Virus record (IMG/VR): IMGVR_UViG_3300027819_000022
Location: 1 to 44,147 of that record
Length of the DNA: 44,147 nt
Source: a virus
Taxonomy: Duplodnaviria; Caudoviricetes
Strand: one strand, 5' to 3'
Shown here: positions 26,181-35,995 of the stretch, piece after piece
Position numbering within the stretch: the stretch's first letter is position 1
Layout of the letters: the number at the start of each line of letters is the position of its first letter
Translations under genes and position numbers: made by a program
The notes under the pieces: model-generated
Database searches by the model: none
What the model was told of the DNA's origin: nothing
The model's input: the letters and a program-made list of their open reading frames with translations, nothing else

Positions 26181-27200
26181 ATGCCACGCGCGCTGATTAC
26201 AGGAATAACTGGAATGGTGGGAAGTCATCTTGCGGATTACCTGCTTGCAAACACGGATTGGGAAATTCACGGGATGTTGCGGTGGCGTTCGCCGCTGGAT
26301 AATGTGCAGGCGTTGCTGCCGTTGGCGAACGATCGTTCGGGGCGGGTGGTGTTTCACTATGCCGACTTGCGGGACTCCGACGCGGTCCGCAAGTGTGTGT
26401 TGGACGCGCAGCCGGATTACGTGTTTCACCTGGCGGCGCAGTCGTATCCGCTGGTGTCCTTCGACTCGCCCTGCGACACGCTGGAGACCAATGTACAGGG
26501 AACGGTGCGGGTGTTGGAGACAATCAGAACGCACCCCGGCCGCAGGATCCGGGAGGAAACCCTGATTCACGTCTGCTCATCGTCAGAGGTGTATGGACGG
26601 GCGCCGCACGAACGATTGCCGATTCGCGAGGATTGCCCGTTTCATCCGGCCTCGCCCTATGCGGTATCGAAGGTTGGCGCTGACCTGATGGCGCAGCATT
26701 ACGCGCAGGCGTACGGGATGCGGGTGCTGGTGACTCGCATGTTCACGCACACGGGCCCGCGGCGGGGCGATGTATTTGCCGAATCCTCGTTCGCTAAGCA
26801 GATCGCGATGATCGAGGCCGGGAGAATCGAGCCGGTGGTCCGGCACGGCAATCTCGATTCGCTGCGAACGATTGCGGACGTGCGGGATGCTGTGCGCGCC
26901 TACCACATGCTGTTGACCGTGAACCCTGATCCGGGAGCCGTCTACAATATCGGTGGCACGCATACCTGTAAGGTTGGAGATATTCTCTCGACGCTACTTG
27001 GGCTTTCCGGCACTCGCGCAAAGCTGGAACTTGACCCTGCGCGCCTGCGCCCTCTGGACGCTGATCTTCAGGTTCCAGACACTTCCAAGTTCACCGAACA
27101 CACCGGCTGGAAGCCCGAGATTCCGTTCGAGCGCACGATGAGCGATCTTCTCGATTTTTGGCGAGCGCGCGTGAAAACGCAGGCGCATCTCACGCGATGA
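26181..27200 (+). CDS. GDP-sugar 4,6-dehydratase (SDR), DmhA/WcbK-like GDP-manno-heptose type
   Basis: GITGMVG, HLAAQS, HVCSSSEVYG, YAVSK; MLRW and TRMFTHTGPRRGDVF...AKQIAMIEAG resemble the heptose dehydratase subgroup as I recall it. Confidence 0.85.
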   Translation: MPRALITGITGMVGSHLADYLLANTDWEIHGMLRWRSPLDNVQALLPLANDRSGRVVFHYADLRDSDAVRKCVLDAQPDYVFHLAAQSYPLVSFDSPCDTLETNVQGTVRVLETIRTHPGRRIREETLIHVCSSSEVYGRAPHERLPIREDCPFHPASPYAVSKVGADLMAQHYAQAYGMRVLVTRMFTHTGPRRGDVFAESSFAKQIAMIEAGRIEPVVRHGNLDSLRTIADVRDAVRAYHMLLTVNPDPGAVYNIGGTHTCKVGDILSTLLGLSGTRAKLELDPARLRPLDADLQVPDTSKFTEHTGWKPEIPFERTMSDLLDFWRARVKTQAHLTR

Positions 27201-27643
27201 TCGCGCTAGTAAGCGGCGGTTTCGACCCGCTGCACGTCGGCCACGTGCGCTATCTCGCCGCCGCTGCGAAATACGGCACGCTGATTGTCGCTTTGAATTC
27301 GGATGCGTGGTTGAGGCGCAAGAAGGGTTTCGTATTCATGCCGTGGGCTGATCGTTTCGAGATTATGGCATCCCTCTCGATGGTCGCAAGCGTGGTGCCG
27401 GTGGATGACCGGGACGGGACCGTGTGCGAGGCGATTGAGCGCGTGCGGCCGGACGTGTTCTGCAACGGAGGTGACCGAACGGTGGGCGACCCGCGCGAGA
27501 GAACTTCCTGCTTTACCGTGGGCGCCCGCGAGTTGTTCGGCGTGGGCGGCGGCAAGATTCAAAGCTCAAGCCACCTGGTGGCTGCGGCACGCAGCGCCTC
27601 CCGTCAGGCCGATCACCATGAATTCGATGGAGACCCGCGGTGA
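27197..27643 (+). CDS. HxGH cytidylyltransferase-family nucleotidyltransferase
   Basis: SGGFDPLHVGH, LNSD, NGGDR, KIQSSS motifs. Confidence 0.85.
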   Translation: MIALVSGGFDPLHVGHVRYLAAAAKYGTLIVALNSDAWLRRKKGFVFMPWADRFEIMASLSMVASVVPVDDRDGTVCEAIERVRPDVFCNGGDRTVGDPRERTSCFTVGARELFGVGGGKIQSSSHLVAAARSASRQADHHEFDGDPR

Positions 27644-27683
27644 TCGAACTTGACATTCGTAATTGACATCACAGGAGGTTTAA

Positions 27684-28142
27684 ATGACGACGATACAAAG
27701 CATTTCCCAGGAAATCGACAAGCTGGTCGAAGCGAACACGTTATCCGGTGCCGGTGTAAAAGCGATGGAGGCGCTGAGGGTGAAGGTGATTGCGCTTGAA
27801 TCGAGTGGACAGGAAAGCGCGTCGCGTGTCAGAGTGCTTGAGGGCCAACTCGGCACGGCCAACAGCGCGAACGTATCGCTCACGTCAAGTATTGCGGCGT
27901 GGACTGCCCGCGAAGCCGCCCTCGTTAAGCGCGAACTGGAAATTACGAAGCTGGAAAAGGATGCCGCCGTCGCTGCCGGCAAGAGCCAGACGTATCAGGA
28001 GTGCTTTGCGCTGGTGTTTCGCAATGCGGAGATCAGGGAGACGCTCAAGGCGATTACCCCGATGACCGTTCCGACTCCCGGCGGTAGCCACTACGTCCAA
28101 AACAACGAAACTCGAACCGAAGTCACGCGGCAGCAGACATAA
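27684..28142 (+). CDS. Hypothetical coiled-coil protein
   Basis: AGGAGG RBS; heptad-rich sequence. Confidence 0.7.
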   Translation: MTTIQSISQEIDKLVEANTLSGAGVKAMEALRVKVIALESSGQESASRVRVLEGQLGTANSANVSLTSSIAAWTAREAALVKRELEITKLEKDAAVAAGKSQTYQECFALVFRNAEIRETLKAITPMTVPTPGGSHYVQNNETRTEVTRQQT

Positions 28143-28144
28143 TT

Positions 28145-29137
28145 GTGATCCTGACACGCACGCCATACCGCATGTCCTTCTTCGGGGGCGGCACGGATCA
28201 TCGGCAGTGGTACGAGCGGCATGGCGGTCGTATTCTCACTTCTTCGATAGACAAATACTGCTACCTGTCGGCGCGCCGCCTGCCGCCTTTTTTCGAGTAT
28301 CGGCACAGGATCGTCTGGTCGAAACTTGAGACGGTGAATTTTCTGGAGGAAATCGAGCACCCGGCGGTGCGCGCCTGCCTCCAGCATCTTGGCGTCAATG
28401 CGGGAGTCGAGGTTCATCATGACGGCGACTTGCCGGCGCGCTCGGGGCTTGGATCCTCATCCGCGTTTACCGTGGGCCTCTTGCACGCGCTGCACGGCTT
28501 GAAGGGCGAGACGCGATCGAAGCGGTGTTTGAGTGAGGAAGCCATTCATGTCGAGCAGCAGGTGCTCAAGGAGGCGGTCGGCATTCAGGACCAGATCGAA
28601 TGCGCGCACGGTGGGCTTAATCTGATCGAAATCTCGCCGCGCGGAGAGTGGACGGTCGCGCCGGTTGCGCTGCCTAAGCCGCGGCTCGTTGAGTTCGGGC
28701 GCTGGTTCATGCTTTTTTACACCGGACAGACGCGCTTCTCCAGCGCGATTACGGCGACTACCGTCGAGCGTATCGCGAGCGGTGAGAAAGACCCGGAGTT
28801 GCACAAGCTCGCGGGCATGGCGACTGAGGCGCTGGATATACTATGTAACGGCGCGGACTTGCGCGAGTGGGGCCGGATGCTGGACTTGTCCTGGACCATC
28901 AAGCGGCGCATGTCGCCTCAGGTCAGTAATGAGGCGATTGATGAAATGTACTGGGCGGCGCGGCACGCGGGCGCTTTGGGGGGTAAACTGTTGGGCGCGG
29001 GCGGCGGCGGCTTCATGATGCTGATGGCAGCCCCTGACGATCACAAGCGGGTGCGAGGCGCGCTCAACGGTTTTCTCGAAATCCCGTTCGGCTTCGATTT
29101 TTCCGGCACACAGACGATATTCATGAATGAGCGATAA
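28145..29137 (+). CDS. GHMP kinase, HddA-like D-glycero-alpha-D-manno-heptose-7-phosphate kinase
   Basis: RTPYRMSFFGGGTD, PARSGLGSSSAF, GIQDQ, GGKLLGAGGGGF motifs. Confidence 0.85.
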   Translation: MILTRTPYRMSFFGGGTDHRQWYERHGGRILTSSIDKYCYLSARRLPPFFEYRHRIVWSKLETVNFLEEIEHPAVRACLQHLGVNAGVEVHHDGDLPARSGLGSSSAFTVGLLHALHGLKGETRSKRCLSEEAIHVEQQVLKEAVGIQDQIECAHGGLNLIEISPRGEWTVAPVALPKPRLVEFGRWFMLFYTGQTRFSSAITATTVERIASGEKDPELHKLAGMATEALDILCNGADLREWGRMLDLSWTIKRRMSPQVSNEAIDEMYWAARHAGALGGKLLGAGGGGFMMLMAAPDDHKRVRGALNGFLEIPFGFDFSGTQTIFMNER

Positions 29138-29144
29138 TGTCTGA

Positions 29145-31136
29145 ATGACAGACAAGACGCTCCTTGCGGCAATATCGGCAGACCGGGCGCTCGGCTGCTC
29201 AATCGTATTCGCGCACCGGCACACGCACCTCTCGCCGGCCATGCATTTGGAAATTATAGACCTGTGGCGCTGTCAGGACGAATTGGTTCTGATCGAAGCG
29301 TTCCGGGATGCGGCTAAATCCACGCTTTCCGAAGAATTTCTGTGTCTTGAAGGCGCGTACGGCAACTTTCACTACACGCTGCTTATCGGGGAAACCTACG
29401 CCAAAGCCTGCCAGCGGCTTGAGTCGATTGCATTCGAGGCGCGGCACAATGTCAAGCTGAAGGCGCTCTTCGGTAAGGTGCTCGAAAAAAAACCGATCGA
29501 GAACAAGGTGTGGTTCGCAAGCGGGGCCATGATCGAGGCGGTGGGGTGGGAGCAGGAATTGCGCGGCTACAAGCACCGCGACCGCCGCCCGGATCGCGCG
29601 TATCTCGATGATATCGAAAATCTGGAACGCGTGCGCTCGATCGAGGCGGTAGATGCCACGATGCGTAAAATATGGCGAGAGCTGATTCCCGCGATGGATA
29701 GTGCGAATCGCAAGGTCCGCATCACGCAGACCCCGCTTGCCGCCGACTGCATGGTGGTGCGACTGAAAGCGACCCCGGACTTCATCACGCGCTCGTTTCC
29801 GGTCGCCAATGGTGATTTGGACGATCCGAAAACAGAGTCGGCGTGGCCGGATCGCTTTCCGATGGAATGGATACGGGCCGAGCGCGACCGCTATGCCGCC
29901 GCTGGCATGCTGCGCGAATTCATGCAGGAGCGCATGCTGCAAGTCGATTCAGCGCATACCAAGCCCTTCACTGAGGAAATGCTGCGCGCGGTTGACGTTG
30001 CGCCCTGCGCGTGGCTGCCCAAGATCGCGATTTTCGACCCCGCGCGAACGGCGAGCCTGTCGAAGTCGGATCGCACCGGAAAGGTCGTCGTTTCACGCCT
30101 GGGCTCCCAAATCATCGTGCATGAATCGGCGGGCGAGTTCTGGAAGCCCGACGCAATCCGCAAAGACGTGTTTGATACCGTGGAAAAACATCATTGTGAA
30201 GTCGGAATCGAAAAAAATTCGCTCGATGAATTCCTGTTGCAGCCGATTCGATTCGAAATGCTGAGGCGCGGCGTGTTTTTTTCTCTCAAAGGGTTGCAGG
30301 CCCCGCAGGACCGCAATAAACAGAGCTTTATCATGGGGCTGCACCCGTTTTTTGCCGCCGGTGATGTCGTTTTTGTGGGGGGGCGCGGCTCTCACCCGCA
30401 ATTGACGGCTGAATTACTGAATTTTCCGGGCGGCAGGCTTGATATTCTGAACGCGCTCGCCTACAGTCTGCGAATGTTTGCAGGTCAGCCGGTTTACGAG
30501 GATTTTGGGGACGAAAATGTCCTCGAGGCGCTGCCCGCGCATGCCGGCGAGACGGTGTACTGCGCGTGGAACGCCTCTCCCGCCGAAGTCGTCTGCGTAG
30601 CGATGACCCGCAGCGGGCGGCATTACTCCGTCTGCGCGGATTGGGCGGCCGGCGGCCCGACGCTCGATGCGGCGCGGGGAATTGCGCTGGACTTGAGGGT
30701 GAAATACGCGCGTGCCCGGCTTGAAACTTACGTGCCGTCCGAACTGCATGACAACTGGAGCCGCATCGCGCTGGTTCCGGCGCTCCGGGAGTTGAAGTTC
30801 ACCCCGTTTCGGGCCGAGCACGTAGCACAGGCGCGCGGCTCGCTCGCTGAGTTGATCCGCGCCACGGTGCGGCGCCGGCGCTGCCTGACGGTGGATGCGG
30901 GGGCGAGGAACACGATTGCGGCGCTCGCCGGGGGTTATAAGTTCCCGGTCGGGGCTGGCGGCAAGAGCGGGGCTGAACCCGAGCCGGGGGTCGCGCGTTT
31001 GACAGCCGAATCAATTGAGTGTCTGATAAGCACGTTGCAGCGCGGCGCCGCGGATGCAAAACCCGAGGGCGCGCACTACGGCGTGAATGTACAGGGGCAA
31101 TCGTACATGACAGCATTGCCGCACAGGAACAGGTAA
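29145..31136 (+). CDS. terL: Terminase large subunit
   Basis: AFRDAAKST Walker A variant, LRG...RPDRAYLDDIE Walker B, IFDPA...SDRT nuclease; directly upstream of the portal. Confidence 0.85.
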   Translation: MTDKTLLAAISADRALGCSIVFAHRHTHLSPAMHLEIIDLWRCQDELVLIEAFRDAAKSTLSEEFLCLEGAYGNFHYTLLIGETYAKACQRLESIAFEARHNVKLKALFGKVLEKKPIENKVWFASGAMIEAVGWEQELRGYKHRDRRPDRAYLDDIENLERVRSIEAVDATMRKIWRELIPAMDSANRKVRITQTPLAADCMVVRLKATPDFITRSFPVANGDLDDPKTESAWPDRFPMEWIRAERDRYAAAGMLREFMQERMLQVDSAHTKPFTEEMLRAVDVAPCAWLPKIAIFDPARTASLSKSDRTGKVVVSRLGSQIIVHESAGEFWKPDAIRKDVFDTVEKHHCEVGIEKNSLDEFLLQPIRFEMLRRGVFFSLKGLQAPQDRNKQSFIMGLHPFFAAGDVVFVGGRGSHPQLTAELLNFPGGRLDILNALAYSLRMFAGQPVYEDFGDENVLEALPAHAGETVYCAWNASPAEVVCVAMTRSGRHYSVCADWAAGGPTLDAARGIALDLRVKYARARLETYVPSELHDNWSRIALVPALRELKFTPFRAEHVAQARGSLAELIRATVRRRRCLTVDAGARNTIAALAGGYKFPVGAGGKSGAEPEPGVARLTAESIECLISTLQRGAADAKPEGAHYGVNVQGQSYMTALPHRNR

Positions 31137-33361
31137 TGGCTAAAAAGAAGAAACCCGAGCCGAAATCGGAAACGGTTGACTCCCGTGCCGCTCCCGAGAC
31201 ATTGGAAACGGGCGAATCCGATCTCAAAAATTGGGCGGACAAACCGGAGTCCGCCGCCTATATCGAAGCGCTGCGGCTCTACCCGTTGATCCAGTCGGCC
31301 TACGATAATCAGGCAGAAGCGGCTCGCCAGATCGAGGAATTCTGGAATATTTATAACGGCCAACCCGACTCGAACCTTCAATACGCTGGCAACTCGCAGG
31401 GCTACGTTCCGGTGGTGCGGGACGCGGTAAATGCTCGCGCCAAGCGGGCTTTGAAGCAGTTGTTTCCGGTCAAGCACAAACACGTCGAAGCGGTCGGCTC
31501 AGACGCCGAGACGCCGTACCCGCAACTCGCACTCCTTGAGCACTATATTCGCAAGCTGAAGCTGAAGGACATCGTGCGTTCGGACCTCGTGGCGGGGGAC
31601 GTGACGGGACAGTGGAATCTGTATATTGACTGGACCAAGAGTTATCGGCGCGTGACGGAACTCGTCAAGCGCAACCCCATCCTCTCCACCGTCGAGGGCG
31701 AGGAAATCGGGCTGACCGACCCGAACGAGGAAATCGAGGAGACGCAACAAACCGAGATCGTGGAAGAGGGGCCTGAGGTCGTCGATTTTGCGACCGAGGA
31801 TTTGGCGGTGGTGCCGCCTACCTGTAACGATATCGAAAAAGCGACCGCGACTTCCATCATCCTGCGCATGTCGAAATCCCGCGTGAAGCAGATGGTGGAC
31901 GAAGGGGTGTTCCTGCTGCCGGAGAAAAAAGACATTTCCGCTTGGATTGAGGCGCAAGGCAAATGGACGGGTAGCGAGCGCGCGAAGCCGCCGGCGGATC
32001 AGCGCTGCGAGAACGCGGGTATCCGGGTGGAAGGCACCGATGAGCACGCGGCGATTTACGAAGTGGCCGCGATGCTGGATTTCGAGGACCAACCAAAGGG
32101 CGAGAAATCGGTGAAGCAGCTCGGGCTGATTTACTACGCCGGGGAGCAGGATATCGTCGGCATCATCAAGGCCCCGTGGTGGGGCGGCAAGCGCCCGATT
32201 CTCTCTGCGCCCATCGAGCGCATCAAGGGTTCCTTCCGTGGGGTGTCGAAAATCGAGCCGGTCAAGTTCATGCAGTGGCAGCTCGTGGACTTCTGGAATA
32301 TGGGGCAGGATTCGGGCATGTACTCGATGCTGCCGATCGTGATGACCGATCCGCTGTCGAATCCCAACTATGCCTCCATGGTATACGGATTAGCGGCCGT
32401 GTGGGCGGTGGACCCAACCAAGACCAAGTTCGCGGAATTCCCGCAGTTGTGGAAAGACGCGGCCAACATCTGCGACAACATGAAGCGCCAGATTTGGGAG
32501 TCGATGGATGTAAACGAAATGATGATGGGCCGCATGCCGCCGGGGCGCAAGAACAACGCCATGATCGGCAGCGTGCAGCAGGAGCAGATGACCAACATCA
32601 TGGACCACGCCGAGCGCTACGAAGGCGAGATGCTTGACCCGCTGGTGGAGCGGCTTTTCGAGTATGACCGACAGTTCCGCACAACCTCGTTGACCGTGCT
32701 GACGAAAGGAGAGGTCGGGGCAAAGGCTGCCATGATGGAAATCCAGCCACAGCAGTTTGGCGAGCGCTATTACTTCCAGTGGGCGGGCACCAGTGAAGTG
32801 ATGGGCATGCAGCGCATGCAACAGCAAATCGCGACCATGAACGTGCTGCGCGGCGTGCCGCCGCAGCAATTGAACGGCCGCAAGCTCGACATTTCGCCGA
32901 TTATCGAAAAACTGGTCGAAAACGTGTTCGGGCCAGAATTGACGCCGCGCATCCTGATCGACGAACGCAACAAGTTCACGATCCCCCCGGAGGTCGAAAA
33001 CGAGATCATGCATAACGGAATTCCGGTCGAAGTGCACGAGGCCGATGAAGATGTGGCACACATCCAGTCGCATCAGTCCGCGGCGCGGATGACTCAGGAC
33101 CCCGGCGGCCGCATGCGCGCCCACTTGGCGAAACACGTGATGGCCATGAAGATCAAGCAGGAAATGGCGATGGGGCAGCAGCAGCCGGCCCCCGGAGTGC
33201 CCGGAGCGCCCGGCCCATCGGCCGGCGGCGCGGCTCAACCGGGCATGGCTGGAACGCCAAGGCCCGGCGCAATGCCGGCTCCGGGCCGTCCGGTGCAACA
33301 GCCGGCTGGCGCAGTCCACGCTGACACCATGGTTGATGCGGCCGTAGGGGGGCGCGGATAG
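31136..33361 (+). CDS. Portal protein (P22-like podovirus type)
   Basis: 741 aa, coupled to TerL; helical with a Q/P/G-rich C-terminal tail. Confidence 0.75.
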   Translation: MAKKKKPEPKSETVDSRAAPETLETGESDLKNWADKPESAAYIEALRLYPLIQSAYDNQAEAARQIEEFWNIYNGQPDSNLQYAGNSQGYVPVVRDAVNARAKRALKQLFPVKHKHVEAVGSDAETPYPQLALLEHYIRKLKLKDIVRSDLVAGDVTGQWNLYIDWTKSYRRVTELVKRNPILSTVEGEEIGLTDPNEEIEETQQTEIVEEGPEVVDFATEDLAVVPPTCNDIEKATATSIILRMSKSRVKQMVDEGVFLLPEKKDISAWIEAQGKWTGSERAKPPADQRCENAGIRVEGTDEHAAIYEVAAMLDFEDQPKGEKSVKQLGLIYYAGEQDIVGIIKAPWWGGKRPILSAPIERIKGSFRGVSKIEPVKFMQWQLVDFWNMGQDSGMYSMLPIVMTDPLSNPNYASMVYGLAAVWAVDPTKTKFAEFPQLWKDAANICDNMKRQIWESMDVNEMMMGRMPPGRKNNAMIGSVQQEQMTNIMDHAERYEGEMLDPLVERLFEYDRQFRTTSLTVLTKGEVGAKAAMMEIQPQQFGERYYFQWAGTSEVMGMQRMQQQIATMNVLRGVPPQQLNGRKLDISPIIEKLVENVFGPELTPRILIDERNKFTIPPEVENEIMHNGIPVEVHEADEDVAHIQSHQSAARMTQDPGGRMRAHLAKHVMAMKIKQEMAMGQQQPAPGVPGAPGPSAGGAAQPGMAGTPRPGAMPAPGRPVQQPAGAVHADTMVDAAVGGRG

Positions 33362-33819
33362 TGAGAAGCGCCTTGAGCCCGTGCATGGGCGTGCCGGTAT
33401 TCTATGACGATGGCCTGCGTCATGTTTTCGCGCATACCTGCGGGGTTGGCCGGTGGAAAAAGATCGTCGTGGGAGCCGCTTGGGCCAAAATACTGCCGCG
33501 TTTTCAGGCTGCGATTCTTGCCCACGAAGTCGGGCATGTGCGGTTGAAGCACCACGAAGCGCGCTTCCTGCGCTTCTGGATGCTATTATGGCCACCAAGC
33601 GCGTCCAAATTCTACAGGGAGCAGGAGCACGAGGCTGATTTATTCGCGGCGAAGATGGGATACCGGCAGGCGTTGATCGAGTTGTATCAGAAGATGGATG
33701 GATTTCTCGATCTGTACCCGGATCCTGAGAATGAGGAACACCGGATAATTCGGCGAGTGCAGCGGTTTTATAACCCCGAACTGAAAGAGCGCATTGCGCG
33801 GTTGCAAAAAGGAGATTGA
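33361..33819 (+). CDS. M48/M56-like zinc metallopeptidase
   Basis: AILAHEVGH (HExxH) and EQEHEADLFA third-ligand motif; C-terminal ERIARL. Confidence 0.8.
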   Translation: MRSALSPCMGVPVFYDDGLRHVFAHTCGVGRWKKIVVGAAWAKILPRFQAAILAHEVGHVRLKHHEARFLRFWMLLWPPSASKFYREQEHEADLFAAKMGYRQALIELYQKMDGFLDLYPDPENEEHRIIRRVQRFYNPELKERIARLQKGD

Positions 33820-33821
33820 TT

Positions 33822-34166
33822 ATGGACGGGATGAAACCATTCAGGCCGGCAGGCGACACCTTCATGGTGCTCGGTTCAACGCCCGCGACGGGCTACGTGA
33901 CTCGCGCGGGAGGCCCGGCGGCAGGCGAGGTAACCTACCGTATCCACAATCCGGGGGCCGTGGATGCGTGGGTGGGATACGGCATGACTTCTGCCGCCGC
34001 GCTTGCAAACGCCGTCATTCCTGCGGTCGGATCACCACAACCGTCACTGCCGATTCCCAACGGAACCGTGAAGGTTTTTACCCTCTCCCCGCTGCTTTTT
34101 TTCTGCGCGGTTGTCGCTTCAGGAAAGGCCGAACTCACGGTGACTCCGGGAGATGGTTTTGACTGA
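33822..34166 (+). CDS. Putative small virion protein (beta-rich)
   Basis: AGGAG RBS; position in the head module; ends VTPGDG. Confidence 0.6.
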   Translation: MDGMKPFRPAGDTFMVLGSTPATGYVTRAGGPAAGEVTYRIHNPGAVDAWVGYGMTSAAALANAVIPAVGSPQPSLPIPNGTVKVFTLSPLLFFCAVVASGKAELTVTPGDGFD

Positions 34167-34170
34167 TGAC

Positions 34171-34199
34171 TTGACATCCTGTTTTTTTGGACATAAAGT
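34171..34199 (+). promoter_or_regulatory. Sigma70-like promoter for the head genes
   Basis: TTGACA-17-TAAAGT in an intergenic gap. Confidence 0.7.
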
Positions 34200-34245
34200 G
34201 AAGTGAGTGCTCGCATTTTTTGGTAGTCGTGAACAGGAGAGAACC

Positions 34246-34797
34246 ATGCTTCCACTGTCATTTCTGATCCGGTTTTTCGTGGCGCTCATGTGCTCTTTCC
34301 TGCGCCTTGCCATCACCAGCGTCAAGACCACAACGCCCCCCGGCTCAATCGAAGTCTTGGGCGCGATGCCCACGCAGGCGGGTCTGGTCGGCGCTGTTAC
34401 GGACCTCATCAATAACGCGGCTCCAGCGTTCGGAAACGCCGATCAGGTTCCTTTATCCGGAGTTACAAACACTTGGTCCGCGGCGGCCATGGTCGGAGGC
34501 ATCATACGCCGCTACGGCGCGCAGTCATCCGCCGACTTGACCGATACCGCGACCAACATCGTCAATTCGATTCCGGGGGCGAAGGTCAATCAGACGTTTC
34601 CCTTGTGGGTGGCCAACATGGGGCTTGGCACCGCCACCCCGGCTGGCGGCACGGGCGTTACCTTGGTCGGCACGACCACCATTTCGATGCAATGCGCCAA
34701 ACTGTACCTTGGCCGTGTAACCGGGAGTGCTGCGGTGAGTCTGACCGCTTGCTTCCAATTCGGCGGCGCTGGCCCCGGCGGAATAGCGTTATCCTGA
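34246..34797 (+). CDS. Putative capsid decoration protein A with N-terminal leader
   Basis: AGGAG RBS; Thr/Gly-rich beta protein; paralogous to 35504..35995. Confidence 0.6.
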   Translation: MLPLSFLIRFFVALMCSFLRLAITSVKTTTPPGSIEVLGAMPTQAGLVGAVTDLINNAAPAFGNADQVPLSGVTNTWSAAAMVGGIIRRYGAQSSADLTDTATNIVNSIPGAKVNQTFPLWVANMGLGTATPAGGTGVTLVGTTTISMQCAKLYLGRVTGSAAVSLTACFQFGGAGPGGIALS

Positions 34798-34798
34798 A

Positions 34799-35491
34799 AT
34801 GCTGAATCGAGTCGAAGAACAAAAGCCCGCGGTAAAGCTGGCGATCTGCATTCCGTCGAACGGAATGTGGCACGCGGACTTCGGCATGTCGCTCTGTCAA
34901 ATGCTGGTCTACATCTCTGGCACGCTGTTCGAGACCGGGCAGGACCGGCAATGCATCGTACTCGATAAGCGCACTTCCATGCTGCCGCGCTCTCGGCAGG
35001 AATGCCTTGAAGATTCCTTGCTTCAGTCCTGCACGCATGCGCTTTTTCTCGATTCCGATCAGGCGTTCCCGATTGACACGGCGCACCGGCTGCTTGCGTG
35101 GAAAAAGCCGGTGGTTGCCTGTAACATCGCGGTCAAGACCAACCCCTCATTCCCGACTGCGCGTGCGAGGGGCGCGACGTGCTTTGGCGTGCCGATCACT
35201 TCCGAAGCTCCCAAAATGGGATTGGAGAAAGTCTGGCGCATCGGTTGCGGCGTCATGCTGATCGACCTGTCGGCGCTCGCCGGGATTCCAAAACCGTGGT
35301 TCGAGATTTGCTACTCCGCCAAGAACAACCAGTTCATCGGCGAGGACTGGTATTTCATCGGCAAGCTCGAAGCCGCTGGGCATGAGGTGTACGTCGATCA
35401 TGGCCTGTCGCGTGAAATCGGGCACATCGGGCAATTCAATTTCACGCACGTCAATATTCCGCAGTTGTCGGATGAAGATATGGCGGCCTGA
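34799..35491 (+). CDS. GT-A fold (GT2-like) glycosyltransferase
   Basis: AICIPS, LFLDSD DxD motif, GCGVMLI, GEDWYF, VYVD...GHIG motifs. Confidence 0.75.
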   Translation: MLNRVEEQKPAVKLAICIPSNGMWHADFGMSLCQMLVYISGTLFETGQDRQCIVLDKRTSMLPRSRQECLEDSLLQSCTHALFLDSDQAFPIDTAHRLLAWKKPVVACNIAVKTNPSFPTARARGATCFGVPITSEAPKMGLEKVWRIGCGVMLIDLSALAGIPKPWFEICYSAKNNQFIGEDWYFIGKLEAAGHEVYVDHGLSREIGHIGQFNFTHVNIPQLSDEDMAA

Positions 35492-35503
35492 GGGAAGAAA
35501 ATC

Positions 35504-35995
35504 ATGAAGAACATTCTCGCGTTCATTCCATCCTTCGTGCGTCCGGCCATCGTTTTTCCGATTCCCTTGGGCTTGACGCCCGACAAGACGGCGAATTTGG
35601 GGCTGCCCGGCCTGATGCAAAACGTGAACAAGTACGCGCAAACGATGAGTTCGACCGCAACCGGCGCATCGTCGGTCACGTTGTCGGCTGCAAACATCGT
35701 CGGCGGCGTTGCACAACTGAACGCCGGGGCGACCGGCGCTTTCACCATCGACACGCCCACCGCGAGCGCGATCACGGCGGAATTGGGCGACACCGTTCCG
35801 ATGGGCGGCAGGTTCCAGAAGATCATTCATTTCGTCAACAACAATGTCGGCCAGACAGGAACGCTGACCGGAGCGGCGGGCGTGACCGTCGTCGGGACCG
35901 CGACGATTGCCACCGATACCAAGCGCTCATTCGTGATGCGCGTGATGAATTCGGCGGCGGTTAGCTTTACCAACATCGGGAGTTTGAGCCTGTGA
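35504..35995 (+). CDS. Putative capsid decoration protein B with N-terminal leader
   Basis: SAANIVGG / GVTVVGTATI segments shared with the 34246 protein. Confidence 0.6.
   Translation: MKNILAFIPSFVRPAIVFPIPLGLTPDKTANLGLPGLMQNVNKYAQTMSSTATGASSVTLSAANIVGGVAQLNAGATGAFTIDTPTASAITAELGDTVPMGGRFQKIIHFVNNNVGQTGTLTGAAGVTVVGTATIATDTKRSFVMRVMNSAAVSFTNIGSLSL

Noticed and set aside
32390-33865. 491-aa minus-strand ORF and similar long ORFs (9865..10782, 12721..13539, 16156..17211, 35827..36648)
   Set aside because: Antisense shadows of well-supported genes in GC-rich DNA, with no motifs or RBS
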